Shown: positions 19,813 to 29,706, numbered from the stretch's first letter. The stretch is DNA of 64,000 nucleotides from Thermodesulfobacteriota bacterium (GCA_963675595.2 CAXXLZ010000002.1:640001-704000); one strand, 5' to 3'. Notes: a model not told the origin generated them from the letters alone. A program made the numbers and translations.

Positions 19813-20311
19813 ACTCGAACTACTCATTAAATCGGAGCTAATTGACGATTTGCCGGAAAAGGAAGGCAGGTCGGTCCGTAGTGAGGCTGAGACGCTGCGA
19901 GAGAGACGTTTCTCGGACGAGCGAACGAAGCAGGCCCGGCTCGGAACGGCATTCAAGCCGGCCCACCGGGGAAGTGGGGTGCGAGGCGCCGGCTGCGTTC
20001 AAAGGCCTTCTTTCAAGAAACGAGAGGATTTCATCAACGGAGTGATACGTGTCTTCGAGGTAATGAACGATGTGACAGGTCAAGCGGGACTTGATGGAAA
20101 CCGAATACAACAACGTTTCCCGAACGATGAAACCCGTGTGGAAAAGGGCACCCGCCCGGCTCCCCTTCCCGCCCGGTCATTCTCTACAATCGCCGTCCTT
20201 TCGACTTCATGATACGGCGCGCCGGGCCCGTCCATGCGACCTTGCCTTGGCCGGCGTATCCGATCAGCGTTCTGCATTTGCATTTCAACAAGGAAACAAC
20301 ACCCCTGTGCT

Positions 20312-23300
20312 CTACGATGTTCTCCTTCGCCGTAAGCGTGAAAGGGCCGCCACAGCCGCCAGAATCATCAGGACGGCGGCGCCCCGGGTGGTGAGGGTGG
20401 GGACGTGCGAAATCCGGGAATACGCCTCTGCGCCGGAGGATGTGTCGGGCGCGCAGGGGCCGCTCGGGTCCGTAATCGTTGTGTCGACTGCGTCGGTGTC
20501 GTAGGGCCCCCCTTCGGTCAGTTGAATGGTGATTTTGGTCTTATCGGGCACAGTGTCATGATCCACGGTCGTGGCAATGTCTTCCCATGCGCCGGTGTTT
20601 TTGTTTTCGTCGAAATAGCCCGTTATCGAAGCGTCCCTGGGAGTGAATACATCAATGGTTACCTTCTGGCCGGCCGTGACGCCGTGAACCTCGAAACTGA
20701 AGGCGCCGAAGGGCATTTGGAGATTGGAAGGCGCACCCACTGCGGTCGGAGAGAAGGCCGAAACGTTTTGAAGACTGATTCCTTCGTTGGCCCGGCAATC
20801 GAAGGTAACATATCCGGAGTCGTCATGGGTCGGCAGGGATGTGACATCGACCTGGTCTTGGTCCGGGATACCATCTCCGTTCCCGTCACCGGTACCGCCG
20901 CCCGGGGTAGGCACATTGGCCTCCGTTCCCGGAGCTACGCCGTCATTGTCGTCCGAGTCTCCGTTGAGGGTCAGGTCATAGGGATTTTCGTCGTCGTCAT
21001 TGTTGTCAATGGAGATGACGGCGGTTTTGTCGCCTGCGGACGTGGGGCTGAAGCGCACCGTAAAGTCGGTGGAACCGGACGCGGCCACGGGTGACGTGGG
21101 TTGCGACCGGATGCTGAATTGATCGGAGTCCGCGCCGCCCACCGAGAGGGGAGTGGTAAATGTCAGATTCGAGGTTCCGGTGTTTTCAATGGTAAACACC
21201 ACGTCCATATCCGTACCTGTAACCCGGCTTCCGAAGTCGTGCGCGCCGCCGTCCGTTATGGGGTTGATTCCCTGCTTGAGGGCGATTTCGGGCGCGGTCC
21301 CTTTACCGTTGAGGGTCAGGTCATAGGGATTTTCGTCGTCGTCATTGTTGTCAATGGAGATGACGGCGGTTTTGTCGCCTGCGGACGTGGGGCTGAAGCG
21401 CACCGTAAAGTCGGTGGAACCGGACCCGGCCACGGGTGACGTGGGTTGCGACCGGATGCTGAATTGATCGGAGTCCGCGCCGCCCACCGAAAGGGGAGTG
21501 GTAAATGTCAGATTCGAGGTTCCGGTGTTTTCAATGGTAAACACCACGTCCGTATCCGTACCTGTAACCCGGCTTCCGAAGTCGTGCGCGCCGCCGTCCG
21601 CTATGGGGTTGATTCCCTGCTTGAGGGTGATTTCGGGCGCGGTCCCTTTACCGTTGAGGGTCAGGTCATAAGGATTTTCGTCGTCGTCATTGTTGTCAAT
21701 GGAGATAACGGCGGTCTTGTCGCCTGTGGACGTGGGGCTGAAGCGCACCGTAAAGTCGGTGGAACCGGACGCGGCCACGGGTGACGTGGGTTGCGACCGG
21801 ATGCTGAATTGATCGGAGTCCGCGCCGCCCACCGAGAGGGGAGTGGTAAATGTCAGATTCGAGGTTCCGGTGTTTTCAATGGTAAACACCACGTCCGTAT
21901 CCGTACCTGTAACCCGGCTTCCGAAGTCGTGCGCGCCGCCGTCCGCTATGGGGTTGATTCCCTGCTTGAGACCCATTTCCGGTGGAGGAAGCTCGGAATA
22001 AGCACCAATGCTGATGGGACTTTCGGGTTCGATCTCAGCCCCACGCTGGTCATAGTAATTGCCTCCCGAAGTGGTGGCGCCGTTCCAAACACCGTTTCCC
22101 GAGTCGGCATATGGAATGGCATCAAGGGCAATACTGCCGCTTTCCAATGCCAGAGTTTGGGTGGGGCCGCCGTTGTCGGCCAATGTCTGGGTGGCTTTGC
22201 CGCTTCCGAAAAGATTCTCCATGCCGGAATAGATATTTGTGCTGTTGGTGAAGGTTTTGCCTGCCCCGGTTGTATCGCCGTTCTGCACGTAAACGATATT
22301 ATATCCCATGTCGTACAGAGTACCATATCCCACGTAGTAATAGTCCTCATCAGAATTCCCGGCTATAATCGTATTCCGTACGGTCATTGTGGAGCGAGGG
22401 GTACCAATGTTTTGATAGAAATACACTCCTCTTCCATAATTTGTTGCAGTATTTCCTGTTATTGTACAGTTCTCTATAGTAGAATAGATCGCTTTGAATG
22501 TCTGACCATAGGCTGCAACACCTCCTCCCCCGCTATTTCCGGCGGTGTTGTTACATATAGTTGATCTTCTGATGACTAAGTCTACGGAAGAAGTGCTTAG
22601 TTCGGCATTGACGATAGTATATATACCGTGTCCCGATTGGATTCCCGTATTGTTGTTTATGGTACACGCATCCACGCTCAAGTTGGAATTTTGGGCAAAT
22701 ACGCCTGAAGCACTGTATTGCGTGACGTTTTGGGAGACCGTGCAGTCCGTCATAGTGGCGGTGGACAGGTCGACGAACAGGCCTCCGACTTGATAGGTTG
22801 CCGTATTCCCTTTCAGGTCCGTTTGATCAAGATGAACGGTGCAGCCGGTGGCGTAGATGCCGCCCCCTTTATAGGACTTGGAGTCTGAAATCACGGAATT
22901 GTTGATGTTCACCGTTCCGGCGGAAATATAGACCGCGCCGCCATATCCGTTTTCAGTATCCCCATTTCCCGATATATCTCCGCCCTTGATCGTCATGTTG
23001 TCGAGCGTGACGGTTTTATCCGCGCCACTGATATGGAACACACGAAACGCGGACGCTCCGGGCGTCGTCACCTGCACGGTCACCGGGTTGGCGTTGCCCG
23101 TGTTGGCACCGTCTATGGTCAGACTTTTCGTGATTGCAAGCTCCGAAAGGATGGTGATGGTTTCATTTCCCGATGCCAGGTTGAAGGTGATGGCATCGTC
23201 TTCCGCGGCATCGGCGATGGCTTGACGCAGGGACCCTGCGCCGGAGTCTGCGTTGCCGGTCACCACGTGTTCGGCGGCGAACGCGGGAAGTATCGGCAAC

Positions 23301-23365
23301 AGGCAACAGCAAAGGGTACAAACGATGCGGATACTGATTCTTAAGCACGGATTGGCAACAATCAT
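20312..23365 (-). CDS. large surface protein: signal peptide, beta-helix-like region with choice-of-anchor-Q-like motif, three Ig-like repeats, IPTL-CTERM-like tail
   Basis: DSGAGSLRQAI; N/G-rich parallel beta-helix repeats; LADNGGPTQTLAL..GS.A.DA; three 115-aa repeats; GDGNGDG.PD; tail VPTL-hydrophobic-RLRRRR. Confidence 0.85.
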   Translation of the reverse strand: MIVANPCLRISIRIVCTLCCCLLPILPAFAAEHVVTGNADSGAGSLRQAIADAAEDDAITFNLASGNETITILSELAITKSLTIDGANTGNANPVTVQVTTPGASAFRVFHISGADKTVTLDNMTIKGGDISGNGDTENGYGGAVYISAGTVNINNSVISDSKSYKGGGIYATGCTVHLDQTDLKGNTATYQVGGLFVDLSTATMTDCTVSQNVTQYSASGVFAQNSNLSVDACTINNNTGIQSGHGIYTIVNAELSTSSVDLVIRRSTICNNTAGNSGGGGVAAYGQTFKAIYSTIENCTITGNTATNYGRGVYFYQNIGTPRSTMTVRNTIIAGNSDEDYYYVGYGTLYDMGYNIVYVQNGDTTGAGKTFTNSTNIYSGMENLFGSGKATQTLADNGGPTQTLALESGSIALDAIPYADSGNGVWNGATTSGGNYYDQRGAEIEPESPISIGAYSELPPPEMGLKQGINPIADGGAHDFGSRVTGTDTDVVFTIENTGTSNLTFTTPLSVGGADSDQFSIRSQPTSPVAASGSTDFTVRFSPTSTGDKTAVISIDNNDDDENPYDLTLNGKGTAPEITLKQGINPIADGGAHDFGSRVTGTDTDVVFTIENTGTSNLTFTTPLSVGGADSDQFSIRSQPTSPVAGSGSTDFTVRFSPTSAGDKTAVISIDNNDDDENPYDLTLNGKGTAPEIALKQGINPITDGGAHDFGSRVTGTDMDVVFTIENTGTSNLTFTTPLSVGGADSDQFSIRSQPTSPVAASGSTDFTVRFSPTSAGDKTAVISIDNNDDDENPYDLTLNGDSDDNDGVAPGTEANVPTPGGGTGDGNGDGIPDQDQVDVTSLPTHDDSGYVTFDCRANEGISLQNVSAFSPTAVGAPSNLQMPFGAFSFEVHGVTAGQKVTIDVFTPRDASITGYFDENKNTGAWEDIATTVDHDTVPDKTKITIQLTEGGPYDTDAVDTTITDPSGPCAPDTSSGAEAYSRISHVPTLTTRGAAVLMILAAVAALSRLRRRRTS
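20961..21970. repeat. intragenic tandem repeat, about 3 x 345 bp, near identical
   Basis: CCGTTGAGGGTCAGGTCATA recurs at 20961, 21306 and 21651. Confidence 0.95.
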
Positions 23366-23599
23366 GAAGAAACCTCTTTTTCCATTGTCATTTCAGATGC
23401 CTCGTTTGGTCGCGAGACGCTCGACAGGCTCCACATGTGCTCTTTGAAGGCCCGAAAGGTACTTGAAGCCGCTCTAAGCACTCCCAATGCGATCTCTGCC
23501 CGGCTTGAAAAGTTCTTCACGTACATTTCAGAAATACCTCTCCTACCGGAATCCCGCAACCCGTTTTTGAGATCATGCGTCTTCAATGCCGCCGGCCGA

Positions 23600-23685
23600 C
23601 GGATCCATCCGTGATTGCGGCTTGACTTTGAAGCGGTCACTACGATACAAAAAATTAAGACGTATTGTTTCGCAGACATTCATAG
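23600..23685 (+). repeat. ~85-bp diverged direct repeat, copy B, in a divergent promoter region
   Basis: Aligns with 19728-19812 with scattered substitutions and one indel. Confidence 0.85.
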
Positions 23686-23756
23686 GTCGGCGGCTGAAGG
23701 ATGATATTTCCAAGCCGTACTCAGCTTACACGCACATTCGCAGATAGGAATCGACC

Positions 23757-24281
23757 ATGCAGGATACGCCCCGGACCAAGTCTACGCCGGATGAAAACAT
23801 CAGTCGTCGCAAGATACTCAAAGCGGTTGCCGCTCTTGGAGGGGCATTTGCCGGAACCGCCCTGGTACCCGGGAAATGGTCGTCTCCGGTCGTTGACTTG
23901 GGAGTCGTGCCGGCCCATGCGCAGGCCAATTCAGACCCTCTGGAGCTTATCGGAGAATTGGAGATTCATGAAGCCTCTCCCGACGTATTCGACGAGATAG
24001 CACCTCTGGACAACGCGATCTCCTATTCGGCTCAATGCGAATACAAGGATCCTCTCCGATCATTGACCTCCGCCAACACCACGGCTACCGGCAAGACCAA
24101 CTGCAGCGCCAGTGTCCCCACCAGCGTGAGCTATGTCTCTCCCGAACGGGCCTCTCAAGGCTATATCGGCTTCCTGTTCCAGACCGCGCTGTGCAATCTG
24201 ACGTCCACCGAATTCTGTGTGAAGATCAATTCCGGCAGTCGTTACAGCAATGAGAAATGCGCCCTCATCACGCATGAATGA
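23757..24281 (+). CDS. Tat-signal exported protein with RiPP-leader-like motif (candidate modification substrate)
   Basis: SRRKILK twin-arginine motif, hydrophobic region, KWSSPVVDLGVVPAHAQA; Ser/Thr-rich mature region with five Cys. Confidence 0.75.
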   Translation: MQDTPRTKSTPDENISRRKILKAVAALGGAFAGTALVPGKWSSPVVDLGVVPAHAQANSDPLELIGELEIHEASPDVFDEIAPLDNAISYSAQCEYKDPLRSLTSANTTATGKTNCSASVPTSVSYVSPERASQGYIGFLFQTALCNLTSTEFCVKINSGSRYSNEKCALITHE

Positions 24282-24365
24282 CGCCTCGTTTGTCCAAAGT
24301 CCGGGACCGGGTCCATTCGTGAACCTCCGGCTTCTCTCGTAAGGGACAAGTAGGGCAGGCGGCGA

Positions 24366-27300
24366 ATGGCGAAAATCGTCCTGTATACCTCCGGAACATT
24401 GGGAGATCACCTGCCGTTCATCGCTCTGGGTCGGGCGTTGGCGGAAGGCGGCCATGAGGTGCGCTTGGCCGCCAACAAAGCCATGCACTCCCATGTTCGG
24501 CGATCCGGTCTTGAGGCCGTCTCCCTGGGAGAGGAAGACTTAGGCCCACAAGAAGCCCGGCGTGACGCCTGGGCCTGGGACTTCTGGAAGTGTCCCGATC
24601 CGAGTTCCCATCCGCAAGCTCCTTCAGTCCCCTTCGAAAGCTACATGGTACAGGTGCACAATCTGCTGGAATTGTGCAAGGGAGCGGATATCCTGATTTC
24701 CACCGCCATCCGGCTGCAAGGTTTCATTGTCGCCCGTGCCCTCAAAATGCCCTGGCTTACCGCCTCACTGAACCCCTACACTTTCTGGGCGCCCGCCACG
24801 CCCAAGCAGGCACGAGATCAGTACCAACTTCGTCAAAAGGAATACCGCCGTTTCAGCGTAGTCGCGAACTTGGCCTTTGAGGAATTGGGCGTGGATGAAC
24901 GCGTCGGGGCCTGGTCGCCCGGCTGGCTCTATGCACGCCACATACTGCTCGCCGCCGGCGCTCATTTCGGCAAACCCGACCTCGATCAATTTCAGCCCAA
25001 CACCAGCATAGATATGACCGGATTCTGGTTTTACCAGGACCCCCGATGGTCGGAATGGAGACCGGATGAGGACCTGCTGCGGGTGTGCGAACCGGCGGAT
25101 CCGAACCGGAAGCCCATTGTTTTGTCTTTCAGCAGCCAACCCCTGCTGGAAGCGGAAAGCATCCTACAACGGCACGTTCGGGCGGCCGCCGCTCTGAATC
25201 GCCCTCTCGTGATCCAGCGTGGCTGGGCCGACTTCTCGGAATCCCAATTGCCGCCGGACGTGGACTCCGGGAACGTACTGTTTACCGATTTCATCCCCCA
25301 CGACTGGCTTTTTGCCCGGGCCGCCTGCACAATCCAGCATGGCGGCATCGGATCCATCGCCCGCGCACTGGCCCATGGCTGTCCCGTTCTAGTGGAACCT
25401 TTCGGCAACGATCAATTATTCAACGCAAACCTGGTTGAGAGGCTCGGTGTGGGAGCCGCACTCCATCCGTACGAAAGCGAGATCGAAGACCTGGTGGATG
25501 CCGTGCGGAACAAAGTGCTCACGCCCGACTGTCGGCACCGGGCAAAGACTTTGGGGGAGAAGATCAAGACCGAACACGGCCTGGAAACCGCCTGTGAAAT
25601 GATCGAGCGCTATCTCGGGCGTATCGGCCCCGACGGCGACCTCCCGAAGATATACGGACGCTTCGCTCCGCCCCTCGGCCGAAGGCCGCGACGCCCCATG
25701 AGCGCGGGAACCGACATTCAAGGCGGAGCCGTCTCAACGGTTGCGCCCACCGATGAGACCAAGAACGCCATTCCAAAAATCATCCATCAGACTTGGCAAA
25801 ACCACAACCTACCGCAGGACATGGCCGCCTGGCAGCGCACCTGGCTGAAGCATCACCCGGATTGGACGTATTACCTGTGGACGGATGAGGATAAACGCCG
25901 ATTCCTGAATGATCACTATTCCTGGTTCCTGCCTGTGTACGACGGGTATCCCGAGGAGATCATGCGGGTCGACGCCGTGCGATACTTTCTACTCCACCAT
26001 TACGGCGGGGTTTACGTAGACCTCGACTTCGAATGTTTCCGTCCTTTGGAGCCTCTTCTATCCGGCAAGACATTGTTTTTCGGCCTTGAACCCGAGGAAC
26101 ACGCCAGGCTTCAATCCACGGACCGCCACCGCGTCAGCTGGATCGTGTGCAACGCGTTCATGGCCTCGGTACCCGGACATCCTTTCTGGGAGCATTCGTT
26201 CAAGCAATTGATCGCTTATCACAAAGCCCCCGGAGTACTGGACGCAACAGGTCCTTTCTTTCTGACCCGGACCTGCCGAACCTACGCGAATCAGTCCGAA
26301 ATTCACCTCGAACCCCCGGAAACGCTGTACCCGATCCACAACCGACAGAAATGGGACAACCTGCCGGCCGAGGAACGGGAGCGCATCCGTGGAACCGCGT
26401 ATGGTGTTCATCATTGGAGCGGCGTTTGGTGGCGTCCAATCGTCGCGCAACAAGCCAATCAGGCTTCCGTGTTATTGGCCGACAAAGGCATGCAACTGGC
26501 CCAGGCCACCGCGGACCTCGAAGGCTGCCGCGCGTCTCTCTCACAATCGAGCGCCCCGCCGCTCATCTCCTGCCTGATGGTGACCCGAAATCGCCCGCAT
26601 TTGGCACAACGGGCGATCACCTGCTTTCAAAGGCAAACCTACCCTCAAAGAGAGTTGGTCATTGTGGACGACAGTCCGGATGACGCCCTCCAAGTCCGGG
26701 TCGACCGATTGCAGGATGAGCGCATCCGCTACCTGCGCCTGCTTCCCGGAGGCGCATCGCTCGGTGAGCTGCGCAACATTGCCGTTTGGAAGGCGGCCGG
26801 CGAGTATGTCGCCCAATGGGACGACGACGATCTCTCCGACCCCCTGCGGCTGGAAAACCAGATGGCCCTGATTCGGGCTTATCAGGTCGAAGCCTGCATG
26901 CTTGCCCGCCAAATTCTCTGGTGGCCTTCGAGACGCCGCTTGGCCGTCTCGACGCCTCGTATCTGGGAAGGCTCCTTTGTCTGCCGGCGAAAGGCTCTGC
27001 CTCCCTATCCTCATCAACGCAAGGGAGAGGACACCCCGGTCATCAACCGAATCGTCTCGGAGGAGAGGGTCGTTCTTCTGAATCTCCCCCAAATGTATGT
27101 GTACGTTTTTCACGGTGAAAACACTTTCGACGAAAGCCATTGGGAGAAGCTGTGGGCCGCCGCGGACGAATGGTATGAAGGCGATCATTACGACATCCGG
27201 ATACGGGAATTGGAAGAGCGCCTCAATTTGGACCTGAGTGGAAACGGGGAGCCTCCGACAACCGAGGCGTCCTCTCCGCGAGTCCCCTCTTCTTCCGAAG

Positions 27301-28181
27301 CTCCGGCCGTTGGAGAGACGGACGAGAGCCGACCGGCCCCCGGACCGCTGATGGAAGCGGAGGAAGCGGGTCCCCCGCACCCCATAAGCTCTCCACCCTC
27401 CCCCGAAAATCGACCTGCGGTGCTCATCCTCGTCCCCGTCAAGGATGCCGAGCCTTACCTGCCGTCCTTCCTGGACGGATTGGATGCCCTGACCTATCCC
27501 CCGAGGCGGCTGTCCCTCGCTTTTCTGGAGGGCGACAGCACGGACGACACGTATGGACAGGTCCAAAGGCTGCTGCCCAAACTGAGGGAAAGGTATGCCG
27601 GAGTGGCGCTCTATAAAAGAGACTACGCCTACCGCGTCGACAAGCCGCGCTGGGAACCCGGCGAGCAGATCAAACGCCGATCAATTTTGGCTGGAAGCCG
27701 CAATTATCTACTGTCGCGCGCCCTGGGCGAGGAGGACTGGGTGCTTTGGATGGACGTGGACCTGGCGCGATGGCCCAAAGACGTCATTGAGCGACTGCTG
27801 GCCCCCGGCAAGGAAATCGTGGTTCCCAACTGCCTCCGTCTGGGAAGCGGCGCCACCTTCGACATGAACAGCTTCAAACTCAAACCAAATGCCGAAAACC
27901 TGGATTGGGATTCCCATTTGATCAACGGCATTCTTCAGCCGCCGGCCGGTTACGGGCGACTTTATCTGAACGATCTGCGCGAGCATTCCATTGTCGAGCT
28001 CGACGCCGTGGGCGGGACCATGCTGCTGGTAAAGGCGGACCTGCACCGCGAGGGACTGGTCTTTCCGACTTTCCCCTACAAGCGACACATTGAAACCGAG
28101 GGACTGGCCATGATGGCCCGGGATATGGGCTATTCGTGCTGGGGCCTGCCGAACCTGGAAATCCACCACCCCCCAACCTAA
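24366..28181 (+). CDS. four-domain glycosyltransferase (GT1/GT28-like + GT32 + GT2 + Anp1/GT62-like)
   Basis: GT.GDH.PF...HGGIGS...PFGNDQ; IPKIIHQTW...YGGVYVDLD; ISCLMVTRNR...DDS...WDDDD; WVLWMDVD...ELDAVGGTMLLVKADLHREG..FP...ETEGLAMMA..MG...WGLPN. Confidence 0.88.
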   Translation: MAKIVLYTSGTLGDHLPFIALGRALAEGGHEVRLAANKAMHSHVRRSGLEAVSLGEEDLGPQEARRDAWAWDFWKCPDPSSHPQAPSVPFESYMVQVHNLLELCKGADILISTAIRLQGFIVARALKMPWLTASLNPYTFWAPATPKQARDQYQLRQKEYRRFSVVANLAFEELGVDERVGAWSPGWLYARHILLAAGAHFGKPDLDQFQPNTSIDMTGFWFYQDPRWSEWRPDEDLLRVCEPADPNRKPIVLSFSSQPLLEAESILQRHVRAAAALNRPLVIQRGWADFSESQLPPDVDSGNVLFTDFIPHDWLFARAACTIQHGGIGSIARALAHGCPVLVEPFGNDQLFNANLVERLGVGAALHPYESEIEDLVDAVRNKVLTPDCRHRAKTLGEKIKTEHGLETACEMIERYLGRIGPDGDLPKIYGRFAPPLGRRPRRPMSAGTDIQGGAVSTVAPTDETKNAIPKIIHQTWQNHNLPQDMAAWQRTWLKHHPDWTYYLWTDEDKRRFLNDHYSWFLPVYDGYPEEIMRVDAVRYFLLHHYGGVYVDLDFECFRPLEPLLSGKTLFFGLEPEEHARLQSTDRHRVSWIVCNAFMASVPGHPFWEHSFKQLIAYHKAPGVLDATGPFFLTRTCRTYANQSEIHLEPPETLYPIHNRQKWDNLPAEERERIRGTAYGVHHWSGVWWRPIVAQQANQASVLLADKGMQLAQATADLEGCRASLSQSSAPPLISCLMVTRNRPHLAQRAITCFQRQTYPQRELVIVDDSPDDALQVRVDRLQDERIRYLRLLPGGASLGELRNIAVWKAAGEYVAQWDDDDLSDPLRLENQMALIRAYQVEACMLARQILWWPSRRRLAVSTPRIWEGSFVCRRKALPPYPHQRKGEDTPVINRIVSEERVVLLNLPQMYVYVFHGENTFDESHWEKLWAAADEWYEGDHYDIRIRELEERLNLDLSGNGEPPTTEASSPRVPSSSEAPAVGETDESRPAPGPLMEAEEAGPPHPISSPPSPENRPAVLILVPVKDAEPYLPSFLDGLDALTYPPRRLSLAFLEGDSTDDTYGQVQRLLPKLRERYAGVALYKRDYAYRVDKPRWEPGEQIKRRSILAGSRNYLLSRALGEEDWVLWMDVDLARWPKDVIERLLAPGKEIVVPNCLRLGSGATFDMNSFKLKPNAENLDWDSHLINGILQPPAGYGRLYLNDLREHSIVELDAVGGTMLLVKADLHREGLVFPTFPYKRHIETEGLAMMARDMGYSCWGLPNLEIHHPPT

Positions 28182-28190
28182 GGTGCTTTG

Positions 28191-28511
28191 ATGGAGACGA
28201 CGAACAATCCCGGCGGTCACCACGTACGAGACGACGACTATCCCACTCGGGAAAGCGACTTCACGCTCGAACAGCTGGACGGCGAGCTGCTTCTTTACCA
28301 CCCCACGGAGACCACCATTCTTTATCTCAACCAGACCGCTTCGATGATCTGGGGACTCTGCGACGGCAGCAGGAACGTGCGTCGGATCATCCAACTGCTC
28401 ATCGAGGCCTATCCCGATGGCGCTGAGGCCATCCCTTCGGAAGTGACCTCCACGCTGGAGAAATTCCTCGAAGCCGGCAGTATCCGTTTGGAGAACGAGC
28501 CAAAAGATTGA
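28191..28511 (+). CDS. PqqD-family RiPP recognition element (peptide chaperone)
   Basis: LDGELLLY......LNQTASMIW.LCDG......I...L...Y.......V...L..F...G pattern. Confidence 0.88.
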   Translation: METTNNPGGHHVRDDDYPTRESDFTLEQLDGELLLYHPTETTILYLNQTASMIWGLCDGSRNVRRIIQLLIEAYPDGAEAIPSEVTSTLEKFLEAGSIRLENEPKD

Positions 28512-28737
28512 AGGAACCGTGGGCTCGCTTTCTTTCTCAAGGGATTTCGTCCAAAATTCGTAACTCCCGGTCCTCTCCGCCCCGAGGGGATGCCGGATGT
28601 CAAGATCACGGAGCTTCGCCTGTGGATCCGGCGGTACTACGGAGTGCAATCGTCGGTCGGGATCGGTGTCGAAGGATGAACATACCCCACACGAGATGGA
28701 ATAAATCAAAGGACCGGTCAGTGAACCCGGAGAGGCC

Positions 28738-29601
28738 ATGAGATCGCGATGGGTACGATTTGCGGGAGTCATCCTCCGAATCGACTACGAAGGTGAAGCC
28801 GCTTCGCGCCTTGTGGACGTCCTTTATCGTCATCTCCCCGATGCTTCGGTTGCCGGCCGATTCCAGGCCCCCCATGTCGCGTATCGATTGATCGGCCACG
28901 ATGAAACCGGCGAACTGTGTCTCTTCATCGGGCAGGAAACCGAGGTGCGCTTCACCGAGCCGAGCGACATGGCGGCCTATTTGATGCATCAAACCTCCTA
29001 CGATCCGGCCTATCACTGCAAGGCCGGAATCATGCTCCACAGCGCCTGCATTTGCCGCCACAGGCGAGGCCTGCTGCTGCCCGGCGCTTCCGGCAGCGGA
29101 AAGACCACCCTCAGCGCTCGACTACTAAGCAGCGGATTCGATTTTCTGAGCGACGAACTGATTTTTGTCGGCCATGGAACCAACGAAGGCCAAGGGCTCA
29201 CGCTGCCCTTCAATTTCAAACCCTCCGCCCGGCCCTTGTGGGAAACCGCCTTCGGCATTCGACCTTCCGACCCGGCCATACTGAGCAACTCCGATTTGGA
29301 TCTCGTGCCGCCGGACCTGTTGAAAGGCGGCTCCACGGTCGAACAATCCACCCTGCACGCGGTCGTGTTCCCACACTTCACTCCCGAAGCAAAGAACGGC
29401 TTGCCCGAGCTGAAGCCCATGTCCAAAGCGCGGGCCGGTCTCAGACTCATGGAAGTGCTTCTTAACGCGCGCAATCTGCCGGGACACGGCTTCCCGGAGA
29501 TCAGCCGTCTGGCGCGGGACCTGCCCGCATACGAAATGGTTTATGGGGGGTTCGACGGAGTCGAACGGGCCGTCGGCAGTCTCCTTCCAACGGAAGGTTG
29601 A
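28738..29601 (+). CDS. HPr kinase-related kinase
   Basis: LHSACI...GLLLPGASGSGKTT...FLSDE, the HprK-like His/P-loop/DE signature; next to PqqD. Confidence 0.8.
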   Translation: MRSRWVRFAGVILRIDYEGEAASRLVDVLYRHLPDASVAGRFQAPHVAYRLIGHDETGELCLFIGQETEVRFTEPSDMAAYLMHQTSYDPAYHCKAGIMLHSACICRHRRGLLLPGASGSGKTTLSARLLSSGFDFLSDELIFVGHGTNEGQGLTLPFNFKPSARPLWETAFGIRPSDPAILSNSDLDLVPPDLLKGGSTVEQSTLHAVVFPHFTPEAKNGLPELKPMSKARAGLRLMEVLLNARNLPGHGFPEISRLARDLPAYEMVYGGFDGVERAVGSLLPTEG

Positions 29602-29706
29602 ACACCGCCGCCGTCTTTGTTCAACCCGTGTGAGGACAAGGGTCCGGCCGGCAACTCAAAATCGTCTGATCGGGGGTAAACCGAACCCCGACGGCCGCCC
29701 GGACCA

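Noticed and set aside
19838-20212. Short ORFs on both strands downstream of repeat copy A, considered as a second precursor
   Set aside because: No Tat or WxxP leader, no clear RBS and no recognisable domain; at most a decayed remnant.
20961-21970. Possible CRISPR array
   Set aside because: Units are 345-bp in-frame coding repeats with no unique spacers, and there are no cas genes.
28508-28741. 77-aa ORF bridging PqqD and kinase, considered as a lasso/RiPP precursor
   Set aside because: It overlaps both neighbours' stop/start, but has a TTG start, no YxxPxL...T-x-G lasso pattern and a composition typical of spurious ORFs.
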